A stretch of 64,000 nt of DNA. It comes from Chrysomallon squamiferum. Its lineage: Eukaryota > Animalia > Mollusca. Positions 37,786 through 51,758 of the stretch are shown here, piece after piece. The stretch's first letter is position 1. The number at the start of each line of letters is the position of its first letter. The notes below the pieces were generated by a model that had not been told where the DNA came from, did no database searches, and saw nothing but the letters and a program-made list of their open reading frames with translations. The translations under genes were made by a program, and so were the position numbers. The stretch spans positions 29,016,001-29,080,000 of the forward strand of contig CM022672.1 of NCBI GenBank assembly GCA_012295275.1. Reading direction: 5' to 3'.

Positions 37786-40700
37786 ATGAGTGAACAAGAA
37801 CAAAATCGGGGACATTTTGTAGAAGAAAATGTTATACCAACTGATTCAGTCACAGAAACAAGTCATGATGTAACAGTGAAAACTGACAAAAATATCGGTT
37901 AGTGTATAATTATTAATTTTTGCAGGAATCAAATTTTACTTTTGGGGGGACAAAGCAGATTGGAGGGCCACATTTCCTCAAAAGTAGAGGCACCAAAGCA
38001 ACTTAATGTTTATCTGATTTTATCAATTTGAAGTTATCAGAATTTCCTGTATAGTTTCTGTAAAACCAACATATACATGAACAATAATACTCTAAATAGC
38101 TGCATTCTCACATGAACAGATTCTGAGTACAAAGAAATTGGTAAAAATTGAATCAGAAAATATTTTATCTGTTAATTACTTTAACAATTTCTAGTATCAG
38201 TATGTTGCAGCTACACTTTGTCTGAAGATAATTTTATACATTTTCTTAACAATGAGAATGCCAAAAGTGTATATTCAGTGATGTTAACATAGAACAGAAA
38301 ATGAGTGTTACCTTGGGTGCTGAAAAGCAGTTTTGGATTCAGGTGCTTAACCTGTACTACTATCTCTATTGTTAATATTTCTGTTATTAAACATTTTGTT
38401 TAGAAGTCAGAGCTGTTGGCGATGTAGAAGTTGAAGTAGCTAGACAAGGAGTGGAAGTTTTTTCTGACCAAACAGAGCTTTCTGCTGGTGGTGATTTCCA
38501 CATGGGTAACATTTTCTTCTTTTAACTTTATTGTAAATTTACAGTATATACTTACAGCTGTTCAGTAGCTTGACGTATTCAATGGTATTGTAAACACTGA
38601 CTATTTTTTTTTCTTTTTCAACTTATTACTTATTTTTTCTTTTTCTTTTTCTTATTATTTATTGTAAATGCAGACTTTTTTGTTTTGTTTTTCTTATTAT
38701 TACTTATTAATGATAAACTTAAACTAGACAATGCTTATGCTAGACAATGACTCTAACCTACTAATTAATATAATATAATCAACAATAAAGCAAATGACAT
38801 TATAACCAAATCTGCAATATACATGTTGTAATATGTAAATTATAAACATTATTTTTGATTTAAAATAGGACTTAGCGTGTATAAATGAGCATTGTTATCT
38901 TTTTCAGTCACTACATTACCTGTCAGTTGTGAAATTGTTGATAAACTTTGTAGTGGATTTGTGAAGAAATTCCTTCCACAGTTGGAGAAAGCAGACACTT
39001 CAGTGAAAGAAGTTCTGTACGTACTTGATGTTAAAACTGAATCTACTTATATATTATAACTACTTCACTTCTTTTTTAGCCATTATTACCATTACACATA
39101 GTCATTATTACAGATAATGTTACTACAGATTTAGAATCCTTTATCCAATATGCTTAGGACCAAGAGGGTTTTGAATATAAGGAGAAAATAAGAATTCCAT
39201 TTGAATTTTATAAAAAGCTTGTACAAATAGTCTGCAGAATTGTTTTACATAATGTTTAATAATTTTATTGCATAAAATAAAGTTTATGTATGCAAAACAA
39301 TTCTAAAGACTGCTCAGGAAATGTTTTGGATTTTGAGTTTTTTGGATTATGGAATTTTGAGTAATGGATCTTACACCTGGATTACAACTAATTTTGTTAC
39401 CATTATCATTTTTATTAAGATTACTGCTGTGATTATTGTAAATATTGCTCTTATTACTGATAAAACTGATATTGTTAAAATTATTACTGTTGTTATTACA
39501 ATTACTACTGATAATGCTCTACTATTATTAATAATGCTGCCATATTACTAATGATACTCATATTATTTCTTGATATTCCTATTATTATTACTGAAGCTAC
39601 TATTACTACTGCTTTCTTTGCTGTTAGTATTAACACTTCTCCTGTTAATGTTAATCGTGACTTAATTATGAGGTATTCTGCCTAAAAGCATCTAGCTTTC
39701 TTCCTGTAAGTTAGTAACAAACAACACAAAGGAACATGTTGATAAAAACTGAGGATAGAATACAAGTCCTTTCTTTGAGAAGTGAAAACATCACTAAAGT
39801 TCCTTCATAGTTGATTAATTTGCCACTCATTGACATTTTTTGTTTCACTAATGATTAACAAATTAATAAATTGATGTTTTAAAAAAAGTAAAAATAAAAT
39901 GAGCTTTATTGTGGTAATTAATATAAAAATTTAAACTTTATAACTCGAAAAAAAAATTCTATCAGTTATACAATCTTGTAATAGTATCATTTCTACTACT
40001 TGTCATAATGATGATGTGAATGATAATAATAATGACAGTGATGATAATAACACTAATAACAATAATAATTATTATACCATTATTATACTGTTGCTTAAAA
40101 AGAACTAATACAGTTAATACTTCTGCATCATCTGTTGCTGCTAATGTTCTATCAGCATAACAGTTTCTTAAGTAACTGGAATAAGTCTTTTTATTACTTT
40201 CTTATTTTAATTGAAGTGTAAATTTACTTTTGTTTTGCAGCTTCTAATATTTTTAAAAATTTTATTTTTAGGTCTAGTCAGCAAGTTCTGATAGAGAGTG
40301 TAGAGCAAGAGAAAGCCAGGTTTGCAGAATGCTCTTCTTTGGAGGAAGTTAAAAACATGGTGAGCTGTGTAGAAATGGAATTTTCTGAGTGACAAAGAAA
40401 GAAATAAGAGTTAAATAAATTTCTCAAATGTTATGAATGTATGGAATAGTTTAACTACTTACATAAACGGTTTGCACATCAGTGTTTATGGTTTCCTATA
40501 AAACATTACATTTGTCCCTTTGTAACATTATCACTTGTAGTCATACTAAACATCCACTGTGAAATATTATTAAGCTCTTGTATGTGGAACAAGTAGCAAA
40601 ACTGCCTTATATCAGAGATAAATATGTAACTAATTTATTTTATCATGTTTTATAAAATTCAGATCTTATTTTATACATTGCAGATGATAAAGGCTAAACT

Positions 40701-41500
40701 GTATTACAACAAACTTGTTGCACTGAAAAAAAAGAAATGTTGTTTCTCCATGATAAATCAGTGAAACTAAAGGTGAGTTCAACAAATTTTATCATGTGGC
40801 TGATGTCACAAGTGCTTAATATGATTCAAAATTTCCTCCCACCAAAAAACCCCCCAAACAAACAAAAATACAAAAACAAAAATAATACAAACTGACTGTT
40901 TCCTTTTTTCTCAGTCAGCATTCTTCAATTGCTTAATATGGAAATGATTTGACTTTATCACTTCCTTTAACATTACATGGAAATGTATCAGTATTTTTTA
41001 TCAATCATTTTATTTCACATAACAGGGAACAGTATGATTCATTTGTGACATGAACTTACTATCTAATTCTACATATTTTGTGCTCGTTCCCTCCATCAGT
41101 GAATTTAATAATTAGCTAGGTTAATCTGAGGTTTACATTGCTGTTTAGTGTTTCTCTTGAACCAAGAGATTTTTATTTTCTTTCAGACATAATTTTTCTT
41201 GCTGCTGATCATTACCTTTCTCGATTCTGATGGAGTTTTCTGTGAAAACACGTTTGTTCATTAAATATCTGACACCACAGACTTGCAGTCTCTCAACCTT
41301 TCGAGCAATATTTACAGATTCAGAAGTTTAAACTGCAGAATGACATTTTTATGTGATGTTTGTATTTTCAGAAGCGTGCTGTCAGACTACAACAACAGAA
41401 ACAGAAGGATGAGATGCAGAGACTACAACAGCTGGAGAGAGAGCAGGAGAAGGAGAGGATGCTCACAGCCAGACTTGCCAAACAACATTCATACTCTTAA
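37786..41500 (+). CDS. BLOC1S6: BLOC-1 subunit 6 (pallidin); six coding exons: 37786-37897, 38404-38505, 38908-39016, 40272-40359, 40684-40772, 41372-41500
   Basis: GT-AG exons translate to ...VDKLCSGFVKKFLPQLEKADTSVKEVLSSQQVLIESVEQEKARFAECSSLEEVKNMMIKAKLYYNKLVALK/KEMLFLHDKSVKLKKRAVRLQQQKQKDEMQRLQQLEREQEKERMLTARLAK, recognisably pallidin. An A8 run in exon 5 shifts the frame. Confidence 0.9.
39126..39379. mobile_element. Tigger/pogo-type MITE in a BLOC1S6 intron (MER46/Tigger4-like)
   Basis: Starts TA|cagatttagaatcctttatccaatatgcttaggacca and ends ttttggattttgag...ggatcttacacctg; degenerate TIRs and ttttggatt subterminal repeats. The family resemblance is from memory of the consensus. Confidence 0.6.
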
Positions 41501-43044
41501 CAGGACACACAAGGCGAAAAATTACAAAATTTGAACAAACAAAATTGTTTTTCAGTTTTTGACATGACCATTTAGAAAATGTACATAAAAAATTAACTTT
41601 TTCAGATAAATGTTTCACGTGTTTTGCAAAATGAAGTGCACATACACAGATTACATAATAATGATGAGTAACATCACCCCTACAGCAATGATAAGTGGAA
41701 ATATTGTTTATAAAACTTCATTTTTTAATCTTTTATCAGCTATCTTTTTTTGTACTAACGTTCTTGGAATAATGCTGTAGAAAACTATTTGTGCTAGAGT
41801 TTCCAGATTTGGAATATATAAATTTAAAAACATTCTGAGTAAATATTCCTTATCTGAAATTATAGAAGAGTGTTGGAAATGTTATCAGTTGTAGATATAT
41901 TTTATCAATTGCTTGTAGAGATGATCTACAGAATCTTTATATTAAATATTTCTAAATTCTATGCAAAATGTGAATTCTGTATACTAAACCTTTCAGAAAC
42001 AGTAAATTGTTACTATCTTGTTTGCTCAGAGAAAGTTAAAACTTCTGGAATTGTTGATCATGGATGTTCAGCCTATTTTATAAATTATTGTTTGTTGCTA
42101 AACGTACATTCTGTATATTTATTTTTTGTTATTTCTAATTAAATTATGGTCTTAGATATATAAATATCCTGAATAAAATTGGTATATTTTGTTAATATTA
42201 AATGTATCATTGTAAATGGACACAACAGTGGCATGCTGTGTGTGTTTTGTGTGATATGGTTTGTGAGCTTAGTGTTTTGTGCACTGTGTGATGTGCTGTA
42301 TGATATGCTTGATCTGTTGTGTGTGTGTGTTGTCTTCTGCACATTAAACACATGCACTGCACAACAGATGTACTATCTATGCAAGACAGAACAAAAACAC
42401 ATCCAGTGTTTGGTGGCTAGTGTACATGTGATATTTTGATATTTTGGTGTGGTTTCTGTCTTATGTGTGAGTGTGTGGCCGCGATAAGTTGTGGTTTGTG
42501 TGGTACCTCGTAACACTGGATTTGTTTCTGAGAATCCCTGTCTTTGCAAAATATAACCACGCAAAATATGCACACACATTTACACTTTCTCACTCAAAAA
42601 TAATTATATTTAATTATATTTTTGATGTCACATATTCACACACACACACACATACACACACAAACACAGACACAAATAGCTAAAGGTAATGTTTTTATGA
42701 ATGTATATATGAGTAGATATGGATGTATGTATTTATTTTATAAAATATAGAATATTGTTTCTACAAATAATTGTATATGACTAAAAAAAAAATATATATA
42801 TATAACTAAACAAATAATATTGACAAAATCACACATTTGTCTAGTCTTCATAATATTTTATCTAAATACTTGGTTATAGATGCTTTATTTAAGAAATTCT
42901 TTCATGACTCACATCCCCTTTATATATACAGATTCAGTTTTAGGATTGAATTACTTCAGTTTTCAATAAAATAATATAATTATTTGTCGTCAAAGTTATT
43001 TTTTTTTTTTTACTGTTATCATCATCAGTTAATTAATTAATAGG

Positions 43045-43350
43045 TAAAATGAAACGAAATGTCGATTATGAAATGATCTGGAAGCAAAATAAATAGGACA
43101 CTGTATTGTTTAATGTCATTTTTACAGAATAGTTATGATAAAATGATTACGTCATCAGAAAAACTTAATAACATTTCTTCAGAAATAAAATTCAGTGTCA
43201 TTGTGAAAATATTGTTTGACAAAATGCTGATTTGTGATTGGCTGAACCAATTAGAGCTATTTACAAGTTGATGTCTTACATTACCGATGTCTTACATGAC
43301 TTCCAACTAATATTCAATTAAGAGAAAATTTATATTCTTGTAAAATTAAT
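43045..43350. repeat. Dispersed repeat copy 1 (inverted relative to 49260-49580)
   Basis: gacttccaactaatattcaattaagaga is the reverse complement of tctcttaattgaatattagttggaagtc at about 49281; similarity runs for about 300 bp. Confidence 0.8.
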
Positions 43351-43765
43351 TTATACTAAGCAATATGACATTGATAAATAATTATATTTTTCCTTTTTGG
43401 TGTTATCAACGAATTTAAATATTGCTCAACAATTACACACTAGTTAGCTAAGTGTTTTTCTGATGATTTTCTTAATACCAAAATATTTCTTTTTAATATT
43501 ATTAATAGTGTGTTCTCATTAACTTGAATTAAATCTCGTTAAAAATGTAATCACTTTGTGGAAGTTTACTAAATTACAGATAATGAGGTCATCTGAGTTC
43601 CATTAAAATTTGGAGTTATAAAATAAAAATTAATGAGACAGATGTATTTATTTATTTATTTATAACATATTACAGAATATTGTTTCTACAAATAATTTTA
43701 CTTTCTGACATTTTCAAAATTAAATTTTGTCTTCTTCATAATACGTAATCTAAATAATTGGTTTA

Positions 43766-43801
<36 letters not shown>

Positions 43802-44498
43802 TATTTATAAGTGTGACTTGATATCCTTGCATGTTCACAGTTTTATTTTATTACAAGAAAACAACAATTTAAACAAAACAACAACTAAATAGTGAAAACA
43901 AACTACTTTTGACATTTTACAGTTTGGTACGAATGCACCATTATACAACGTTGAACACTGAGTCATTCTAATCACCGATATGAACCGAAATGGTACAGTA
44001 ATAGTCGATGTCGTCATCTTTCTTTTGTACAACATAAAATTGTTTATCAAACTTTTATAACATTTAAAATCAATTTCTTCAATTTACAATGACACGTAAA
44101 TGCATACACATTTACATCCATATGCGATATTTCTATATGTTATACATTTTAAGTAGTCACCAAAACGCTATGTAATGCGTGTGCGTATGTGAGTGTATAT
44201 ATATATATATATATTTGCATTTAAATTAATTGATCGTGAAATATATTCTGATTTGAAGGAATTCTTGTTTGAATACCGTCCGGGATTTATATGCACTTAT
44301 ATGACATATGTGTTTGCGTAACCACAACGTTTGACGTACCAGTTATGTAGCAGTGGTCTGGGAGAAAAAACTAATTGTAAGGAGGTCCAACAACGTTTGA
44401 TTCTGCACCCCCGGTAAATCAAAATGTGTAACATATGTATGTTTATTCGTCGTTGCATTAAGCACATAATATATATACACATATATATTGTGTATGTA

Positions 44499-44533
<35 letters not shown>

Positions 44534-44836
44534 GCGTGTAACGTGTACGTAATGTATACATGAACATCGTGGCACTAAAATATAATATTTTGTTTGTTCG
44601 CTTTAACGGCAGACTTTAATATTACAGTGAGTTAGAATAACAATATTTTCGAATTAAACTGGGAATCAATTGACATGTGTCAATATCCTTGGTTTATCTC
44701 CAAGTGACTCGCGTTTATAACAGTTATTATTACCTTCTGTGACTGCAGAGAGAAACAAAATCAGATCTGGATGGTAACGTATGTTTTCAGTAGAAATTAT
44801 TTTGACAATTCTGAACTGAAGCACACACATATACAC

Positions 44837-44839
<3 letters not shown>

Positions 44840-44928
<89 letters not shown>
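44840..44928. repeat. (GA)n microsatellite
   Basis: Perfect dinucleotide run. Confidence 0.98.
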
Positions 44929-44933
<5 letters not shown>

Positions 44934-45057
44934 AAGAGAAGTAACAGTAATAGTAGTAGTAGTACTGGTTTTAGTAACTGTAGTCTGAAGTATTATCATT
45001 TTAACTATTCAATTTCTTTTTAGGTAAAGAGATAAAGAAAGAAAAAGAAATTTTAAA

Positions 45058-46392
45058 ATGATATCTGAACACTTTGTGGTGATTCTTGCTCTGACTGTAT
45101 TTGCGGATTCTGGTAAGTTTCAGTTTCTGTATTTTACATCAATTCTTTTGATTTTTATATCAATATAAATTACATTGTTTTATTATTAAGCTAATATATA
45201 TATACATACATACAAAGAGAGCATTCACTGGATTATAGAAATAAATAAGGATCTCTTATTCGAAATTCCAAAATACAAAACGTTTTCTTAGCAGCAGAAA
45301 TAATGATATGCAATTTTCTGACTTTTTTTTTGCATATACAAACTGTATTTTATGCACAAAATTATTAATAATATTATATAAAATATCCTGTAAAAAGGTT
45401 CGAGTGGTGGTATGGTTCGGCGTGGGTATTGGCGGATACGGACACTTGCAAACTGGATATGGTGGATATGGACAACTGTACACTGGGTCTAGTGGATATG
45501 GTGGTAGAACCTACTACGGTAGTACTAGCAGCAGCTCTAATTTCGGTGGATTTGGCGGCAGACGAATATCAGGATGGCGAAGAGATATTGAAAATACCCG
45601 TGAGTTTTATTATTATTATTGTTATTATTGTTATTCTGTTGTTATTATTGTTGTTGTTATTGTTATTATAGTTATTATTAACAAACATAATTATTGTTAT
45701 TGTTTTTATCATCATCATATTCATAATTATTAGTAGTAGGAGTATTGATAGTAGTAGTACTTGTAGTATTAGAAGTATTTGTCATAATAATAGTAATAGT
45801 AATAATAGCAGCTTTAGCAGTTGTAGTTTTGTTATGTTATTAATAGTAGTAGTAATGACAGAAGTAGCAGTAATACTTTTTTGGTTGTTGTTGTAGAAGA
45901 GTAATAGTACCTACCACTACTACTACTACTACTACATCTACTACAACCGTAACTACTACTAAAGTTAATTTTAAATATTTATTAACTTATTCAAATCTTT
46001 ATTTGTAACTCTTAATTACCGATAATTTTGTCTAGTGTCATTCATTCATTATTCATTCTTACTTTCATTCGTTCATTTTAGATCAAAGACCTGACCATTC
46101 AGATTTTGAAACCTTATGGAAACCTAATAGGAATGGACCTGAATGTGAGTGTTATTTATTTATTTTATTTTATTTTATTTTATTTTATTTGTTGTTGTCA
46201 CTGTATTAACACTTCTTTTTGTTTAAAAAATCTAGTAATTAAAATGTAATTATTTAATATAACAGTAAATAAATATTATAATGAAATAACTGAATACAAA
46301 CAATTTAATTGATCATTTCAGATGTCGTCGACACGTTTAACAAATGGCCGAAGACCAAGAAAATTAGGAATAGGAATAGGAAAAAAAATTAA
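45058..46392 (+). CDS. Small secreted Gly/Tyr/Ser-rich protein with a basic tail (structural or shell-matrix-like); exons 45058-45112, ~45398-45599, 46082-46144, 46322-46392
   Basis: Signal peptide MISEHFVVILALTVFADS|gtaagt; GIGGYGHLQTGYGGYGQLYTGSSGYGGRTYYG...; phase-1 junctions to HQRPDHSDFETLWKPNRNGPE and YVVDTFNKWPKTKKIRNRNRKKN*. The 5' phase of the second coding exon does not reconcile cleanly. Confidence 0.65.
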
Positions 46393-48565
46393 CGTACTAA
46401 TCAGAGCAAGTGAAGCACGTCTGCGACGGGCACGCTTTCTGACAGGTCAGTGAAATCGATTTTTCTACTAAATTAACGTCATAATGATGTAGGACTAAAA
46501 AGAAACAATGTATCTATTACCTAAAACTGTTTAATGCCGCTAACTTTGATTAATTTATTTATATACCTTACTTTTCACTCAGTTCTACTTTAAGTCAGTG
46601 GACTATTAAATAATTTCATAATATTGTTGTTGTTGTTGTTTTTGTTATTGTTGTTTGGTATTATTTTGATGATTTGTTGTCGTTTTGTGTCTTTTATTCT
46701 GTTACAATAGAAACAGCAGCAACAACAACCGTTCTATTACTATTTCTATTTTCAAAGGTACTTTATTCGTCCATCCTACGATCTAATTATTAAAAAGCAT
46801 TTTCATTCATTCGTCTTCTGTCGGTTTATTAAATTATTCGTTCATTCAAGTTGGGAAGACTGACTAAACAAATTTAATGTATCAACTTACACACTTAACG
46901 GAATTTCGTCTGCTTTTGACAGTTCAAGTGGATGATTACTAAAAGAATGACCAGTTTGTCCGTCTCTTATTTGTCCACTTCACAAAGTCTGTCACATCTT
47001 CTTGGACTTAAATTTTTCTCGTTTAAACTGACGTTTGACTGACTTTACTAATGGAGAGAAAAGTATCAGAGGTTTTATCGTTACCACCAATCAGAAATTA
47101 TTATTAGAAACGAGTTCTATTCAGATATGTCAAATTATAAAGTAAGGGACCTAAGTAAGTATTATTAAAGATTTGTCATTAATGTCCTTAATTATCTCCC
47201 TTTAATTTTCTTCAAGATCAGTGGAAACTACTAACAATAATTTTTGTTACAAGTGGAACGTAGAAAGGACTGAAGTTCGAAGCGGTCGTTTCCTTTTACA
47301 GTTCAAGTGTATAAAATAGCAGGTGCCCGAAGCTGTCTTTACGTATAACGATATCGTTAACATCACCTTCATGATCTCAGACATTCTTTATGAATGTCTT
47401 CGTTTGCTCAGAATATCACTGTACTAACAGGTCCAACCTTTTTGTTAACAGTGTCGTTTACTAAAGGTACTACATAAATGATATATGCTGATAATCACTA
47501 ACACCATCATCTAATGCTTACAGTTTCTGGCTTTGAACTGCTGGTCGTCGATTTGTGATCATCATCTTGCCGTTGGACAGCCATACTTATTTGCTAAATG
47601 ACTATAAGTTCATGACACTGGTCAAATTAATGAAAAGAGTCACTGTAGATTTTAAGCTAGACCGATGACGTTTTTGTCCAAAAACTGCTGATGAACATTT
47701 CAGATTTTTTTCTTTGATAGGTAAAATATTCATAACTATCGACCAAATAAACCTAAAACATGCAGTTTGGATTATAATTATTGTTCAGTTATAATGCATT
47801 TAGTAAAATCAATAAAACGCCGAAAAAAGGCAGACTTTTTCGATTTTTTTATGATTATATATCGAGAAGATTTATATCATTTTAAATTAAAGCATCTTCA
47901 AGCCAATTTTCTTTCTCATTTATCTAGAATGGTCTATGAGGCATCCATGAAAATGGTTAAATCAAATAATTCTGGCATTTCATAACTTATTGAAACGTTG
48001 AAATTTTTCTACGGTGCGGTAACATAAGCTGCTTTTAGACACAGTATAAACAGTTTACATTTTTTTCAAGCGGGCTCTCCGTATTCAAAATATGATCCAG
48101 AATCTGTTTTATCATTATGCAACCAGTTAGATAATTATTGTTCATGTTTTGGTTGGTTTCAGAACCAAAACTAAAATAAAAATAAACATTTGATTTACCT
48201 CTTGTGAAAGTAATAATTTTTAAATAAAATAATAAGTTAGCTGTAATATATATATTTTTTCTATAATGAAAGTGACTTTTACATTATACTGGGTAGGTAG
48301 CATGTGAGCTGTTACAGTGTAACGTAAATGACAATATCACGAATATGTATCTTTGTCTATGTCAGAAAACCTTTTTTGAAATTTAAGCAAAGGTATTTAT
48401 TATAATCAGAATAGGATTGATATTATAAAACCAACATTTTAGAAAATATTTATTCAGATCTGTTGTTGTTCTTATTAACATATAGTAAAATTCTATACGA
48501 GAAGGTTTAATGATGTGATAATATTGTATTCACAAAATACATAAACAGATCTGTTCACCAATTTG

Positions 48566-48569
<4 letters not shown>

Positions 48570-48655
<86 letters not shown>
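48570..48655. repeat. (CT)n microsatellite
   Basis: Perfect dinucleotide run. Confidence 0.98.
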
Positions 48656-48659
<4 letters not shown>

Positions 48660-49259
48660 CCTCTTTTATTATTAGTTATTTCTGCTATAGTAGCTGTAGT
48701 AGTAGTATTTAGTGTTATTTGGCTGTAATGATTAAAAACAAATAAGACAGATGAATGAATTTCAAAATTCCACTTTTTGTTGTATTTGTCTTCTTTCTAG
48801 ATGATTCTATACTGCCCTTAGTGACTTCCTAATTTTACCACGTTTAGCCCTAACTAACGCAGGAAGACTTATAAGTACTAATCTAGCAAAACATCTATAG
48901 TCTTTGCGAAAAATATTAAATGGTTAGGATGTCTTTTGTTAGTAAATTCAGTATGTTAAAATTTATATATAAATGTGTATGTCTGTGTAGAATCAGAATG
49001 TAATAGCTTAACATTAATATATTTATTGAATTTTATTAATACTTAAGACTAATAAGTACATGCCATTATTAAATTTCAAGTATTATTTATCAAAAAGAAA
49101 GTTTTCAGAACAGCTTTACAAAATATATTTATGGACTAAAGCCTACTCTGTACGTTGCACTTTGCTGACAAGAATCTTTAAATTACTTCCATTGATAACA
49201 CCAAAAAGGAAAAAATATGATTAATTATTTATCAGTGCCATATCACTTAGTATGAATTA

Positions 49260-49580
49260 AGTTCACGAGAACATAAATTATCTCTTAATTGAATATTAGT
49301 TGGAAGTCAACAAGGTCACCACTAATGTCGTCTGCTCGCTGTAAGACGTCAACTTGTAATTAGCTCTGATTGATTCAATTACAAACCAGCATTTTGTTAA
49401 AGAATATTTTCTCAATGTGACTGAACATTATTTCTGAAGAAATGTCATCCAGTTTTTTAATGATGTAATCATTTTATCACAGATTACTATTTTGTTCAAA
49501 TGCCATTACAGAATATGGAGTTTAATAACCTATTTATTTTGCTTTCTAATTATTTTATAATCAGCCTTTCGTTTTAATTT
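49260..49580. repeat. Dispersed repeat copy 2 (inverted relative to 43045-43350)
   Basis: Reverse-complement similarity to 43045-43350, e.g. ttatttctgaagaaatg and cctatttattttgctt. Confidence 0.8.
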
Positions 49581-50824
49581 ATTTTATTAATTAATCAATT
49601 AATTAATTAATTAATATTAATATTATTATTATTATTATTAGTGGTAGTAGTAGTAGTAATAGTATTAATAGTAGTATATTATCCCAACAGTTGTGTATTT
49701 TTATTATTGTTGTTACTATAATTTTATGAGAGAGGTTTCTGATCAGATAGATGTTGTCCATACATACGTTTTAGTCGTTTAATTTCACAGAAAAAGTAAT
49801 GATTTATATTCAAGCCTGAAACATATTCTAAATCCACTATTAGAACAACATAAACGATATTAAATGATGTTTTTCATGTTGGCCTGGTTGTAGATCCTTG
49901 GACAATTGTAATGACCCTAAACAGATCGCAGAAGCGTTAGTGCATAACAATATAAAGATAATTAGAATTTGCTACACGGCAAATTTTAAAAACCTCCATT
50001 TAATATCGCAACGGGATCGTCTAACGTGTCTCTTAAGGGTACCCATTAACCTCTATATTAAAAATATGTCTATTTGTTTAATTGCCATTTTGATTTGAAA
50101 CGTTTCCTTCATCCCTGGAGTCCTGTTGTGACAGATAACTTGGTTTAGTGTACCCGAGAGCTCGTGTTTGCCTTCACAAATCTTTTCTGGGCTCTTTTGT
50201 TTTGTTGTTGTCGTTCTTTTCGTTTCTTTTCTTTTCTTATTATTTTTTTTCTTATTCATGTTTTATTATTATTATTATTTTTTTTTTTTGAAAGCTTTTT
50301 CTGGTAAAATCTGAATGAGAGTTTATCTTGAGATGTGATCGATTTAAAATTTCCATATAATTCTTCATTTCTTCTCGCCTCGCGTTATTTATTCTCTCTG
50401 CATATCGTTTCTTTATCCTGATTTACTTTTTTCTTTTTATCAATTATTTGCGTCTTTCTTATTTATCTTTCTATTTATTGATTTTTCTGTCTTTTTTTCT
50501 GTTTTTCCCAATCCCAAATTATGGTAGTTAAGTAAGCTGCACGACTCTATATAAAAATAAATAACTTACGACGACAAATAATTATGAGCGATATTGTTTT
50601 ATCTTGAAAACAGAAATAATCGATCTTACAACCGAACTCACACGCCAGTAAAGACATTTCTTTTTCTGCACATTATATTTTACTAAAACGTGATAGAATA
50701 ATAACAAGCAACCTTGTTTATATCACGGGCGAATCTATTCTGTTTGCAGGGGAGGTAGGACGCGGCAGAATTTCTTAAATAATAATAAAAAAAATAATAA
50801 TAAAAAAAAAAAAAAAAAAAAAAA

Positions 50825-50860
<36 letters not shown>

Positions 50861-51715
50861 CAACTATTTAGACTATGGTATGAAAAATAGACAAATTTGA
50901 TTTTAGAAATCTACGATCTTTTTTAACGTGTATACAATTTTTCAAGAAGTCGGGGAGTTCTGTCCTACTTAACACCCCACTGTGACTGCCGCAGCCGTCA
51001 TTTTTCCAAGACTTCCATTACGGTCAAGACAGTGATAAATATTCTCCTATAACTTTTACATGGTTATCTTGTCATTTTGATAAATGCAAATTTGAAATTG
51101 AAATCACAATACAAATGTGCTGTCTTTTTACAAAACTATACTTCTATTTCAGACAGAAACAAGAAGAAAAATGTAATAAATGGTTTTTCTTCAAGACCGT
51201 TAAAGTTTCATCGTCCATTAAACCCAAGACAGCAGATCAGCCCTGTGGTTTAATCACGTGTTCACTGAGTGAGTCGTTTCTAGAAATCCTGTTCTTCAGT
51301 TTATATATAAATCACTGGACCTCTTTGAATAATTTCTGTTTTCTGTTAGTGAGTGTCCTTCAGAATTTAAATAGACAGATACAATTTTATTAAATAGATA
51401 TATTTGAAAAACATCAACAAATAAATTTATTAAGTACGTAAGTAAGTAAATAAATACTACTATTAATACTACAACAATAATTTATTATTGTGACCTCCAG
51501 TATAACAGCTTCGTACAATACTGTCTTGATTATATCAAACATTACTACCTATACTGCTATCAAATTAATCCTACAATTACTACTGTTGCTGCTGTTACTG
51601 TTATTACTACAACAGTAACAACAACAATGTAACTATTATCTTCTAATAACGTATTTACATCGTTATTTTTATTTTGAAAAAAAAAAAAAGTACATTTATT
51701 TTTTTATTCATGTTG

Positions 51716-51758
<43 letters not shown>

